Shown: positions 7,258-18,886 of the stretch, in pieces
How the letters are laid out: every line of letters starts with the position of its first letter
How positions within the stretch are numbered: position 1 is the stretch's first letter
Source: an archaeon
GTDB taxonomy: Archaea; Nanobdellota; Nanobdellia; SCGC-AAA011-G17; PNOQ01
Length of the DNA: 58,033 nt
Assembly (NCBI GenBank): GCA_018652475.1
Contig: JABICB010000009.1
Location: forward strand, 1-58,033
Reading direction: 5' to 3'
The notes under the pieces: generated by a model
The model's input: the letters and a program-made list of their open reading frames with translations, nothing else
Databases searched by the model: none
What the model was told of the DNA's origin: nothing
Program-made: the position numbers and the translations under genes

Positions 7258-7675
7258 AGAGGAATTAAAACGTGTTGATCATATGTTCTATGTTAGTTTA
7301 AAATATACTAGGACTTGTGACGTCATTAGGAATATCATCAATAGGATGATAGCATCATATAATTATGTCTTTTCAGCAATTTTAGAGGATTTAGAATCTG
7401 ATGATAAAATTAGCGCTATACCTACTCATGATAGATTACGTGCGGAGAAAGTATTAGAATTGAAAAAAAATCATAAAGAATTCATCCAGCATTATTTTTT
7501 ATTGAGAAAAATTCATGATGCTGAATTCGATAGGCGTGAAGAATATAGAAAACATGTTACTTTGCTTGCCAAGTTCGGAGAGGATACAATCTTCGAAGTA
7601 AATGTTCCCTTAATTTTAGATTATTATAAAAAAGTCATAGAATATATAAAAATGGTTGAAGAGGAATTAAAATGA
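7235..7675 (+). CDS. hypothetical helical protein, paralogue of 6763..7257
   Basis: KRVDHMFYVSLKY ... AIPTHDRLRAEKVL. Its start overlaps the upstream stop and its stop overlaps the minD ATG (ATGA). Confidence 0.55.
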   Translation: MQTIDLAKEELKRVDHMFYVSLKYTRTCDVIRNIINRMIASYNYVFSAILEDLESDDKISAIPTHDRLRAEKVLELKKNHKEFIQHYFLLRKIHDAEFDRREEYRKHVTLLAKFGEDTIFEVNVPLILDYYKKVIEYIKMVEEELK

Positions 7676-8421
7676 CAAAATTTATAGGAATATTATCTGG
7701 AAAAGGGGGCGTTGCTAAAACAACTACTGTTGTAAATTTAGGGGCAGCTATGAATTATTTTGGCAGAGATGTTACACTTGTTGATGGAAATTTATCTACT
7801 CCTCACTTAGGTATTCATTTAGGGGTTCCGATTGTGCCTATCAGTTTGCACGATGCATTGAGTGGAAAAAATTCTTTGATTGAAGCAATGTATTTGCATC
7901 AATCGGGCATGAAGATCATTCCAGCAGGATTGTCTCTTAAGGATCTTATTGAAGTAGATCATTCAAAATTAAAAGAAGTTTTACCTACTTTGGAAGGTTT
8001 AACTGACATAGTATTAGTTGATGCTTCAGCAGGTTTAAGTGGCGAAGCTAGTGCAGTTTTAGACTGTGTACAAGATGTTATTGTGATTACTAATCCGGAA
8101 TTGCCTGCAGTTACAGATGCATTAAAAACTGTTAAATTGGCAGAGAGTAAAGGTAAAAATGTTAAGGGAATCATTGTTGCAAAAACAGGAGATGTTACTG
8201 ATATTCCTGTTGAAAATATTGCGGCATTAATTGAAAAACCAATATTAGCTATTATTCCTTTTGATAAATCAATTAGACAGTCTTTAATAAAAAAAGATCC
8301 AGTAATTTATACAAATCCTACTTCTAAAAGTGCACTTGCTTATAAAAAATTAGCTGCAGATTTAATTGGAATGGAATATAGGGTTGAAAAAAATAGCTGG
8401 TATAAATTTTGGAAGAAATAA
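7672..8421 (+). CDS. minD: MinD/ParA-family P-loop ATPase (archaeal MinD type)
   Basis: Deviant Walker A motif SGKGGVAKTT. Typical MinD length and motif order. Confidence 0.85.
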   Translation: MTKFIGILSGKGGVAKTTTVVNLGAAMNYFGRDVTLVDGNLSTPHLGIHLGVPIVPISLHDALSGKNSLIEAMYLHQSGMKIIPAGLSLKDLIEVDHSKLKEVLPTLEGLTDIVLVDASAGLSGEASAVLDCVQDVIVITNPELPAVTDALKTVKLAESKGKNVKGIIVAKTGDVTDIPVENIAALIEKPILAIIPFDKSIRQSLIKKDPVIYTNPTSKSALAYKKLAADLIGMEYRVEKNSWYKFWKK

Positions 8422-8426
8422 TAACA

Positions 8427-8435
8427 CTTATAAAC
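8427..8435 (+). promoter_or_regulatory. TATA box (CTTATAAAC) ~30 nt upstream of tRNA-His
   Basis: Sequence and spacing. Confidence 0.4.
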
Positions 8436-8461
8436 GAATTTTATAATCTTTTTTGTATAAT

Positions 8462-8534
8462 GACGATGGTAGTATAGTGGTTAGTACAGGCGGTTGTGGT
8501 CCGCCAGACCGGGGTTCAATTCCCCGCCATCGTT
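8462..8534 (+). tRNA. tRNA-His (GUG), genomically encoded G-1, no encoded CCA
   Basis: Cloverleaf by hand: acceptor ACGATGG/CCATCGT, D arm GTAT..GTAC, anticodon arm GGCGG-TTGTGGT-CCGCC, T arm CGGGG-TTCAATT-CCCCG. An extra G precedes position 1. Confidence 0.9.
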
Positions 8535-8581
8535 CTTTCTTTATCAAAAACTATTTAAAATACTAAATTTAATTCTAATCT

Positions 8582-9730
8582 ATGGAAACTATAAAGGGAT
8601 TCAAAGATTATACTGGAGAAGAAGCTGTTAAAAGAAAACAGATGAAAGATGTTTTAACTAGATACTTCACTTTATATGGTTTTGAACCTGCCGAAAGTCC
8701 CATTATAGAATATGAAACTTTTGTTAAGGGAGATAATGCTGATGACGATGCTATTTCGGAGATTTTTAAATTAAAAGACAGAGGTAAGCGAAAGTTAGCA
8801 TTGAGATATGAATTTACATTTCAATTAAGTCGACTTGCAAGGAATAAAAAATTACCTTATAAAAGATATCAACTTGGTTATGTGTTTAGGGATGAACCTA
8901 CTTCTACAAATAGATTCAGACAATTTACTCAGTGCGATGCCGATATTGTGGGGTCATCAATAAAAGATGAGGCAGAAATATTATCTCTTGCTTCCAATAT
9001 TCTTAATGAGTTTGGATTGAAAACTGTAATTAATATTAATAATAGAAAATTATTAAATGAAATTTTAGATTCTGAAGGAATAAAAAAGAAAGAAGAAGTT
9101 ATTAGAGAAATAGATAAACTTGATAAATTATCTGAATTAGAAATTAAGAAAAATCTAAAAAAATACAATGCAGAAAAAATGTTAGATTTATTTAAAAAAC
9201 CTGAATCTTATTTCAAAAAATACGATTCTTATTCTGAAATTATTAAATTGAAGGGATATTGTAAAATGTATGGTGTTAAAGTTAATTTTCAACCTTTTTT
9301 GGCAAGGGGATTATCTTACTATAATGGATCAATTTTTGAGATTAAATCAAAAAAAATGAAGGAAACTTTGATTGCAGGTGGTTCATACATTGTTAATAAT
9401 TTTCAAAGTACAGGAATATCGTTCGGATTAGAAAGATTATCTAATTTAAGTGATTATAAAAAAGATAACTCTTCAATTTTAGTTGTTTCTTTAAGTCAAG
9501 ATTCTGAATCTATAGATTTAATTAGTGACTTTAGAAATAACGGAATTATTAGTTCATTATATTATGGTAAACCTAGTAAGGCATTACAATATGCTGATAG
9601 TAAAAGCATAGATTATGTTTTGTTTGTTGGCGAAAAGGAAATTAAAAATAAAAAATATACTTTGAAAGATATGAAAACTGGGAAAGAAGTTTCGGCCAGT
9701 ATAAGTTCCATATTGAAAAAATTAATTTAA
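8582..9730 (+). CDS. hisS: histidyl-tRNA synthetase
   Basis: Class II motifs: YVFRDEP...RFRQFTQCD and AGGSY...GISFGLERL. C-terminal anticodon-binding-like domain. Confidence 0.8.
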   Translation: METIKGFKDYTGEEAVKRKQMKDVLTRYFTLYGFEPAESPIIEYETFVKGDNADDDAISEIFKLKDRGKRKLALRYEFTFQLSRLARNKKLPYKRYQLGYVFRDEPTSTNRFRQFTQCDADIVGSSIKDEAEILSLASNILNEFGLKTVININNRKLLNEILDSEGIKKKEEVIREIDKLDKLSELEIKKNLKKYNAEKMLDLFKKPESYFKKYDSYSEIIKLKGYCKMYGVKVNFQPFLARGLSYYNGSIFEIKSKKMKETLIAGGSYIVNNFQSTGISFGLERLSNLSDYKKDNSSILVVSLSQDSESIDLISDFRNNGIISSLYYGKPSKALQYADSKSIDYVLFVGEKEIKNKKYTLKDMKTGKEVSASISSILKKLI

Positions 9731-10459
9731 TTTATTTTTTAAAAATATTTCTATCTCTCCAAAATCATCTTTTTGATTCATGTTAACTTTTTTTTGATTT
9801 TCTAAATGTAGCAAGGGTACAAAAGTCATAATTTTATCTGATTTAGACTCTGAAGGGATTAAATTTGAAAATGTAAGTTTTTCTTTATCTTTATTGGAAA
9901 AGTAACTAATTATTGTTTGATATAATCCTTTTATTTGATGAGAAATATCAACATTTCTATCTGGTAATTTAAATGTATCTGGTATGCTATCTATTTTTAG
10001 TTTTTTAGTTTTTCTTCTTTGATCAACTTCAATTGCTGACTCTAATGCATTAACTAAATCATTCAATGATACTTTCCGTTTTCTTGCTTGTGGTGTTTTT
10101 ATAGTTAATCGAGGTTCTAAGTAATCATGATCTTCAAAGTCCTCTGCCGATTCTAAGTAATCTCCTTCAAAATCTTCTTCATCTGAATGATATAATATAT
10201 TATCAAAATTTTCTATATGTTCTGTTAGTAATCTTTTCGATTTTATGTTTAATAAAAATGAAGCTGCCAATACTATCTTTCCTGAAACAAAAAAATTCAT
10301 TTTTTTCATGCTTTTTACAGTCTTCAAATATTCATTTGATAGGACTGATATGTCAATATTCCAAGGATCCATTTCATTTGTTTTTATTAAATCTCTAAGA
10401 ATAGTTTGCCAAGTAATCTCATCCTCTTTTAAAAGCATATCTAATATTTGATCTTGCAT
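9722..10459 (-). CDS. scpA: segregation and condensation protein A (kleisin ScpA)
   Basis: N-terminal ITWQTILRDL...MDPWNIDISVL..YL and a winged-helix-like C-terminus, typical of ScpA. Confidence 0.7.
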   Translation of the reverse strand: MQDQILDMLLKEDEITWQTILRDLIKTNEMDPWNIDISVLSNEYLKTVKSMKKMNFFVSGKIVLAASFLLNIKSKRLLTEHIENFDNILYHSDEEDFEGDYLESAEDFEDHDYLEPRLTIKTPQARKRKVSLNDLVNALESAIEVDQRRKTKKLKIDSIPDTFKLPDRNVDISHQIKGLYQTIISYFSNKDKEKLTFSNLIPSESKSDKIMTFVPLLHLENQKKVNMNQKDDFGEIEIFLKNKLN

Positions 10460-10518
10460 GGGGCTTTTTTAATTTAGAATTATATAAATATTTCCGTAGA
10501 AAATAATGTGAATATAAA

Positions 10519-10585
10519 CCCTGGCAGGACACCCGAAAAATAGTTTAAGGGCGCAAGGTAAAACCTTACTTTAGTCCTGCTGGGG
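10519..10585 (-). ncRNA. candidate structured RNA / structured 5' leader of scpA (three-way junction)
   Basis: A 12-bp closing stem CCCTGGCAGGAC / GTCCTGCTGGGG encloses two short hairpins (AAGG-n5-CCTT; GCCC-n14-GGGT on the minus strand). GC-rich in an AT-rich spacer. The palindromic TTTATAAA at 10620..10627 would place a minus-strand TSS just upstream. The RNA class was not identified. Confidence 0.3.
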
Positions 10586-10663
10586 AAAAAGAGGTGATAT
10601 TTATGAGGATAACCCCTCCTTTATAAATCTTTCTATTTAACACTACTGATGAATAGTTACAAA

Positions 10664-10852
10664 TTATTCTTTCTTTATTTTGAATTCTACGTAGTGACAT
10701 TTACCACAATGATATCTATCCTTATGGTTTGCTAAGAAAATTCCAGGTCCACATTTTGGACAAGTTTTTTCTCTTTCTATTTTATCCCCAGCGATAGTAT
10801 ATTTTTCGTATTTTTTACTAGGTGTTTTATTCTTTACTTGTTTTTTAGCCAT
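10664..10852 (-). CDS. rps27ae: ribosomal protein S27ae (eS31)
   Basis: CPKCGPG...HCGKCHY zinc ribbon. Neighbours S24e as in other archaea. Confidence 0.9.
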   Translation of the reverse strand: MAKKQVKNKTPSKKYEKYTIAGDKIEREKTCPKCGPGIFLANHKDRYHCGKCHYVEFKIKKE

Positions 10853-11168
10853 TTTGTGTCTCCGTTTTCAATTCTGGTTTAGCTTCTTCTTTTTTTTCTT
10901 CAACTGGTTCTTCCATAGGTTTTGCTTTTCCTATTTTTTCTAAAGCTTCTTTCGAATCATAAATATAAGCAATTATTTTGGATTTACCTTTTCCATAAGA
11001 AGTATAAATATGATCTACATATATCGTGTTTTTTTCTTTTTTGAATTCTTTTGCAATTTCTGCAACTAATTCTGCTCTTGAAGGAGTTTTTTTCTCGTTA
11101 TGTACTATCTCTAGTTCTAATTCAATCCTAGATAACATTGGTGATTTTTTTTCATTTATTTTTTTCAT
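10845..11168 (-). CDS. rps24e: ribosomal protein S24e
   Basis: NPMLSRIELELEIVH...TPSRAEL motif. I prefer ATG 11168 (MKKINEKK) because the ORF-track start at 11186 would overlap the spt4 3' end. Confidence 0.85.
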   Translation of the reverse strand: MKKINEKKSPMLSRIELELEIVHNEKKTPSRAELVAEIAKEFKKEKNTIYVDHIYTSYGKGKSKIIAYIYDSKEALEKIGKAKPMEEPVEEKKEEAKPELKTETQNG

Positions 11169-11169
11169 T

Positions 11170-11349
11170 TTAAACTTTAATTGCATATTCTCCTTTTATT
11201 GTTATTCCAACTTGTTTTGCCACTTCTGAATGTTCTGGATCAATAACTGCTATTTTTCCTTTCCAATTCTCTGAAAATTTATTTCCCTTGCAATTTGGGC
11301 AAACATTTCCATCAACTATTAATTTACAATTTTTACATGCTTTCTTCAT
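11170..11349 (-). CDS. spt4: transcription elongation factor Spt4 (RpoE''); 59 aa, absent from the ORF track
   Basis: Manual translation gives MKKACKNCKLIVDGNVCPNCKGNKFSENWKGKIAVIDPEHSEVAKQVGITIKGEYAIKV. It has a Cys4 zinc ribbon, an ATGA overlap with the rpoE' stop, and sits in the conserved archaeal rpoE'-spt4-S24e-S27ae order. Confidence 0.8.
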   Translation of the reverse strand: MKKACKNCKLIVDGNVCPNCKGNKFSENWKGKIAVIDPEHSEVAKQVGITIKGEYAIKV

Positions 11350-11912
11350 TCTTTCTCTCCTGTTTTTTCCTTATTCTTTGCTAGGTCTTCTTTTATCCAC
11401 ATCTCATTACCTAACCAAGGTTGTCTCATTGTTAATCCAATTTTTGGATTTGTAAGATCTTTATAACTTATTGCTATGATTCTAGCTCTACAAATATCTC
11501 CTGTTTTTATAGTTCTATTTGATTCTTTACCTAATAATACGTTTTCTTTACTGAAGGATACATAATCGTCCATTGTTTGACCAATGTGAATCATACCATC
11601 TATAGGTCCAATTTCTAAAAATGCTCCGAAATTCGTTATTTCGCTAATCTTTCCTACAACTAATTCTTGTAATTCTGGTTTGAATGTATATACGATAAAA
11701 TTAGTTTCATAATATACTCCCCCATCTCCAGATAATATTTTTCCTTCTCCGATTTCATTTACATCAGAGATACCAATTACAAAGCCTAGTTCTTCTGAAG
11801 CATAACCTTCAAATTTTTCATTTAAGCTTTTTATTACTGATTCCTTTATATTATCATTAAATTGAGTTGGATCTACTCTTATATGATCTTTTATTTTAAT
11901 TTCGTAAAACAT
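11346..11912 (-). CDS. rpoE: DNA-directed RNA polymerase subunit E' (Rpo7)
   Basis: MFYEIKIKDHIRVDP start and a C-terminal S1 domain (GKISEITNFGAFLEIGPIDGMIH). Confidence 0.9.
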   Translation of the reverse strand: MFYEIKIKDHIRVDPTQFNDNIKESVIKSLNEKFEGYASEELGFVIGISDVNEIGEGKILSGDGGVYYETNFIVYTFKPELQELVVGKISEITNFGAFLEIGPIDGMIHIGQTMDDYVSFSKENVLLGKESNRTIKTGDICRARIIAISYKDLTNPKIGLTMRQPWLGNEMWIKEDLAKNKEKTGEKE

Positions 11913-11953
11913 TTTATTTTTGAAGTAAAATATGATTTAATAAAGCTTTCTAT

Positions 11954-12322
11954 TTAAAAGGTTTTCAATATTAGATGTTTCTTTTGTCTTAATGTAATCA
12001 TGGGTATCATTTTTTCTTTTAATCTGTCTTTTAACCCCTTATCTTGGGTTGCTATTATTGTATTCTCTGTAAGGTTTTCTAATATTAAATCATCTACAAT
12101 TTTGTCTTTATTTGTGGTTACTTGTTGAATATTTTTTGTTTTTATTAATTGTAATGCTAATTTTGCTTCTTTTTCTTTTAAATTTTCTAATTCTTCAATT
12201 GTTTTATCTATTATGAATAATTCATAATTAAAATTACAAATTCTTTTTATTTCTTCAAAAATATCAATATTGAATTGAAATGGAATCATTAAAAAATTTG
12301 AATCTAATATTATTTTTTTCAT
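11954..12322 (-). CDS. PIN-domain protein (conserved neighbour of rpoE')
   Basis: MKKIILDSNFLM acidic PIN start and ATQD motif. Conserved archaeal position upstream of rpoE'. Confidence 0.65.
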   Translation of the reverse strand: MKKIILDSNFLMIPFQFNIDIFEEIKRICNFNYELFIIDKTIEELENLKEKEAKLALQLIKTKNIQQVTTNKDKIVDDLILENLTENTIIATQDKGLKDRLKEKMIPMITLRQKKHLILKTF

Positions 12323-12368
12323 AGTTTAATCTCCCTTTTTTGTTATATAAGCGTTTTTATTGATAATC

Positions 12369-12376
12369 TTTATAAA
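12369..12376 (+). promoter_or_regulatory. TATA box (TTTATAAA) ~27 nt upstream of ATG 12399
   Basis: Sequence and spacing. Confidence 0.5.
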
Positions 12377-12398
12377 TATATATAATTGATTATTAATT

Positions 12399-13571
12399 AT
12401 GAAAAGGGGTCATGTACTGGTGTTAGTATTTTTGTTATGTATCAGTTTTGCTAGTGCAAAAGTTTCTATTAAGGATATTTATTCAGGGGGTGATCTTGAT
12501 GAGCAAAGGGAAGAAAGTATTACTCGTTATATTTATGGGTTAAATGGTTTAGTTGCATCTGTATCTAATTCTGAGATTAATTATTATCATTCTGATAGAT
12601 TAAAAAGTAATAGGGTTGTTAGTGATGAAGATGGTCAACTAGTTAGTAAATTCAAATCATTACCTTTTGGACAGGAAATTGAAAACACTGGAATTAAATT
12701 TAGTTTTGCAACTGAAAAGGAATTAGATGATTCTGGTTTGTATTATTTTGGTGCCAGGTATTATGATTCTGATTTGGGCAGGTTTACATCTGTTGATCCA
12801 GTTAAAGAAAATCATGCTTATTCTTATGTTATGAATAATCCAATGAATTTAGTTGATCCTACTGGTATGGCTGGGACTACTATTATTCCTGATGACTCTA
12901 CTTTTATAGGCCCATTAGAAGAAGATAAAATGTATGCTTCGGATTATTTATTTTCTTGGTATTCCGGTTTATCTTCTGGTGAACAAAATACCCTGCTTAA
13001 TGCAGGTGCAGGAAGTTTAGTAACTGATGAATTAACGGGAAATTCTATCACTGGATATAGTAAGGGTGGACATAAGGGTTTAAAAATCAGTATTAATAAT
13101 TATTTTACATTATTATTTAAAATTAATAAAGAGGTACCCAATAATAAAATTTCTTTTTCTGATATTATCATTACAGAAGTTTCAAGGCATCAAACGGGGA
13201 GCGATATACATTCTAATATTAAATCAGATGGGAGTACCATAGCATTTCAACCAGATGTTGCTAGCAATCAACAATTATATTTGACTAAAAAACCCGGATC
13301 AAACACTAGATCTGAATTTCAAACGTTGAAGACTGGCAAGGATTTAACTAATGTGTTAGATGTAGATAGTTTAACTGCAAAACATAAATATACTAATAAA
13401 ATGGATTATGCCCAAATCCATGGTATTGGATGTTCAATAGGTTGTTATATGACTTCTAATGCAAGGGTTATTTCAAACTATATTAGTAATTCTAATACTA
13501 AATATAATAATGTTATTCGAGCTGCTGGTTTTGTAAATGCGCTTCCTTTATTTATAAAAAATATACAATAA
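12399..13571 (+). CDS. secreted RHS repeat-associated-core protein with unrecognised C-terminal domain (mini-RHS 3)
   Basis: Signal peptide ending ASA-K. The core module is near-identical to copy 2 (YYHSDRLKSNRV, LPFGQE, LYYFGARYYDSDLGRFTSVDP, NNPMNLVDPTG). The 235-aa tail has no recognisable motif. Confidence 0.8.
   Translation: MKRGHVLVLVFLLCISFASAKVSIKDIYSGGDLDEQREESITRYIYGLNGLVASVSNSEINYYHSDRLKSNRVVSDEDGQLVSKFKSLPFGQEIENTGIKFSFATEKELDDSGLYYFGARYYDSDLGRFTSVDPVKENHAYSYVMNNPMNLVDPTGMAGTTIIPDDSTFIGPLEEDKMYASDYLFSWYSGLSSGEQNTLLNAGAGSLVTDELTGNSITGYSKGGHKGLKISINNYFTLLFKINKEVPNNKISFSDIIITEVSRHQTGSDIHSNIKSDGSTIAFQPDVASNQQLYLTKKPGSNTRSEFQTLKTGKDLTNVLDVDSLTAKHKYTNKMDYAQIHGIGCSIGCYMTSNARVISNYISNSNTKYNNVIRAAGFVNALPLFIKNIQ
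12510..12866 (+). repeat. dispersed 357-nt RHS-core module, copy 3
   Basis: See copies 1 and 2. 12721..12786 is identical to 1958..2023. Confidence 0.85.
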
Positions 13572-13651
13572 ATTGATGATTTTTCATATATTTTTTAAAA
13601 TTTGAATTTAAAGAGTACAAAGGCTGTACTACCAAAATTCTACCAGAAACC

Positions 13652-13659
13652 TTTATATA
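13652..13659 (+). promoter_or_regulatory. TATA box (TTTATATA, preceded by AGAAAC) upstream of gyrB; SD-like AAGGGG at 13687..13692
   Basis: Sequence. The same AGAAAC+TATA arrangement occurs at 32935..32949. Confidence 0.45.
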
Positions 13660-13688
13660 CTAGTGTTGATTTTTCTTATCCTAATTAA

Positions 13689-16483
<2,795 letters not shown>

Positions 16484-16497
<14 letters not shown>

Positions 16498-18886
16498 ACC
16501 TATCTTAATTGAAACTGAGATGAAAGAAAGTTATGTAGATTATGCTATGTCAGTAATAGTTGGACGTGCACTTCCAGATGTTAAAGATGGTTTAAAACCA
16601 GTTCATAGGAGAATTCTTTATGCGATGCATAAGACTGGAATGTATCATAATAAACCGTTTAAAAAATGTGCAAGAATTGTTGGAGAAGTATTAGGTAAAT
16701 ATCATCCCCATGGTGATCTTGCTGTTTATGATTCTTTAGTTAGGATGGCTCAAGATTTTTCATTAAGATATCCACTTATTTTGGGGCAAGGTAATTTTGG
16801 TAGTGTTGATGGTGATTCTGCCGCAGCTATGAGATATACTGAGTCAAAATTGTCAAAGATTTCTGAAGATATGTTAAAAGATATTGAAAAAAATACTGTT
16901 AAGTTCGTTCCAAACTTTGATGATAGTTTAGAAGAACCCTTATACCTTCCTGCAAAGTTACCAAATTTATTAATTAATGGAAGTTCAGGTATCGCAGTAG
17001 GTATGGCGACAAATATTCCACCTCATAATGTTGGTGAGATTATTGATGCTGTTAACCTTGTTATTGATGATAAGGATGTAGAATTTTCTGAATTATTGAA
17101 GGTTGTTAAAGGTCCTGATTTTCCGGGTGGGGGAATTATTTATGGTAAAAATGGAATTATTAATGCCTACAAAAGTGGAAGGGGAAAAATAAAAGTTCGT
17201 GCAGATTGTGATATTGAAGAACGAAAAATAATTGTTAATGAAATTCCTTATCAAGTAAATAAAACTACTCTGATTGAAACTATTGCTAGGCTTGTAAAAG
17301 ATAAAAAAATAGTCGGTATTTCTGATCTTAGGGATGAAAGTGATAGAAAGGGAATGAGGATAGTTATTGAACTTAAACGTGATGCAAATCCTGAATTAAT
17401 TTTAAATCAACTTTATAGGCACACTCAATTACAAACTACTTTTGGAACTATAATGTTGTCTTTAGTGGATGGCCAACCTAGGGTTCTTTCATTAAAAGAA
17501 ATGATAACTTATTTTATTGAACATAGGGTTAATGTGGTGCATGATAGAACTAAATTCGAATTAGATAAATCTGAAAAAAGAGCACATATAGTTAGCGGAT
17601 TAAAAATTGCTCTTTCAAACATAGATGCAGTAGTTAGGACTATTAAATCAAGTAAAGATTCTACTGAAGCAAAGCTTGCTTTGATTGAAGGATATAATCT
17701 TAGTGAAATTCAATCTCAATCAATTTTAGATATGAAATTACATAGGTTAACTTCATTAGAAACAAATAAATTAACTGAAGAATATGATTCTTTGATTAGC
17801 GTAATTTCTGAATATAAAGGTATTTTAGCAGATGAATCAAAAGTTTATTCAATTATTAAAGGGGAACTGTCAGAGTTAAAACAAAAATATTCGGATGAAC
17901 GTAGAACTAAAATTTTAGACGTTGCAGAAGATATTGAAGATGAAGATTTAATTAAGAAAGAAGATGTAGTTATTACTACTACTCATGAAGGTTATGTAAA
18001 TAGATTGCCTGTTGATACTTATCGTCAACAAAATAGAGGTGGAAGGGGAATAAAGGCTACAGGTACGAAAGAGGAAGATTTTGTAGAAGATGTTTTCATG
18101 ACAAATACCCATAATCATTTATTATTTTTCAGTAATCTTGGAAAAATATATTGGAGTAAAGCATATAATATTCCTTCTGGTTCAAGATATTCAAAAGGAA
18201 TGAATCTTGTCAATTTATTAAAGATGAGTAAGGATGAAAGAATTAATACTATTATTCCTGTTGCTGAATTTAACAAAGATCATTACTTAAATATTTTTAC
18301 GAAAAAAGGATTGATAAAGAAAACTTCTCTAGAAGAATATTCTCGTCCAAGAAATGGAGGGATTGTGGCTGTTAATTTGAAAGAAGGCGATGGTCTTGTA
18401 GATGTCAGATTAACAAAAGGTGGAGAAGAATTAATTATTGCTACTGCTAATGGAAAAGCTATAAGATTTAGTGAAAATCAAGTTAGGTCGGTTGGTAGAA
18501 ATTCATTAGGAGTTAAGGGAATTCATCTTAAACCTGGCGATGAAGTAATTGGTGCCGATATTGCTAGAGATAGTGTTTATACAATAACTGAAAATGGATT
18601 CGGAAAAAGAACCGATATTGGAGATTATAGGGTAATCAATCGTGGTGGTTCTGGAGTTATTAATATCAAAACTAGTGAGCGTAATGGTAAGGTTGTTGGG
18701 GTTCGTTGCGCAAGTAAAGTGGAAGATATATTAATTGTAACTAAGAATGGAATTCTTATTCGGAGTTCTGTTGAAGATGTTTCTAAAATTGGAAGAAATA
18801 CTCAAGGGGTAAGATTGATAAGATTGGATGCAGATGATAAGGTAATATCTATTGCTAGAGTTCCCAAGAGTGAAGAATCATCTTGA
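16484..18886 (+). CDS. gyrA: DNA gyrase subunit A
   Basis: [24 protein letters not shown], the active-site region AAMRYTE, and C-terminal beta-pinwheel repeats. ATG 16484 is preferred over TTG 16478. Confidence 0.95.

Noticed and set aside
7959-8174. A group of minus- or plus-strand ORFs of 60-115 aa lying wholly inside larger well-supported genes. This one is inside minD. Others are 8929..9168, 10245..10451, 11026..11229, 18922..19128, 20423..20608, 21357..21650, 21832..22047, 22177..22410, 22733..22987, 24780..25031, 25590..26013, 26425..26613, 27368..27712 and 28098..28301.
   Set aside because: They are antisense shadow ORFs. They have F/L/I/S-rich low-complexity translations, no start-site context (TATA or SD), and the opposite strand encodes proteins with unmistakable conserved motifs.
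10519-10585. An SRP RNA, tRNA, or C/D or H/ACA assignment for the structured spacer element.
   Set aside because: It is too short for archaeal SRP RNA and lacks the helix-8 GNAR/GGAA signature. It has no cloverleaf. There is no proper C (RUGAUGA)/D (CUGA) pair flanking it, and no ACA box at the right distance. It is kept only as an unclassified candidate.
1747-12866. A diversity-generating retroelement (TR/VR) explanation for the repeated RHS-core module.
   Set aside because: No reverse transcriptase ORF occurs in the window. Differences between copies are not adenine-specific, and the variable parts are whole unrelated domains rather than point-diversified repeats.
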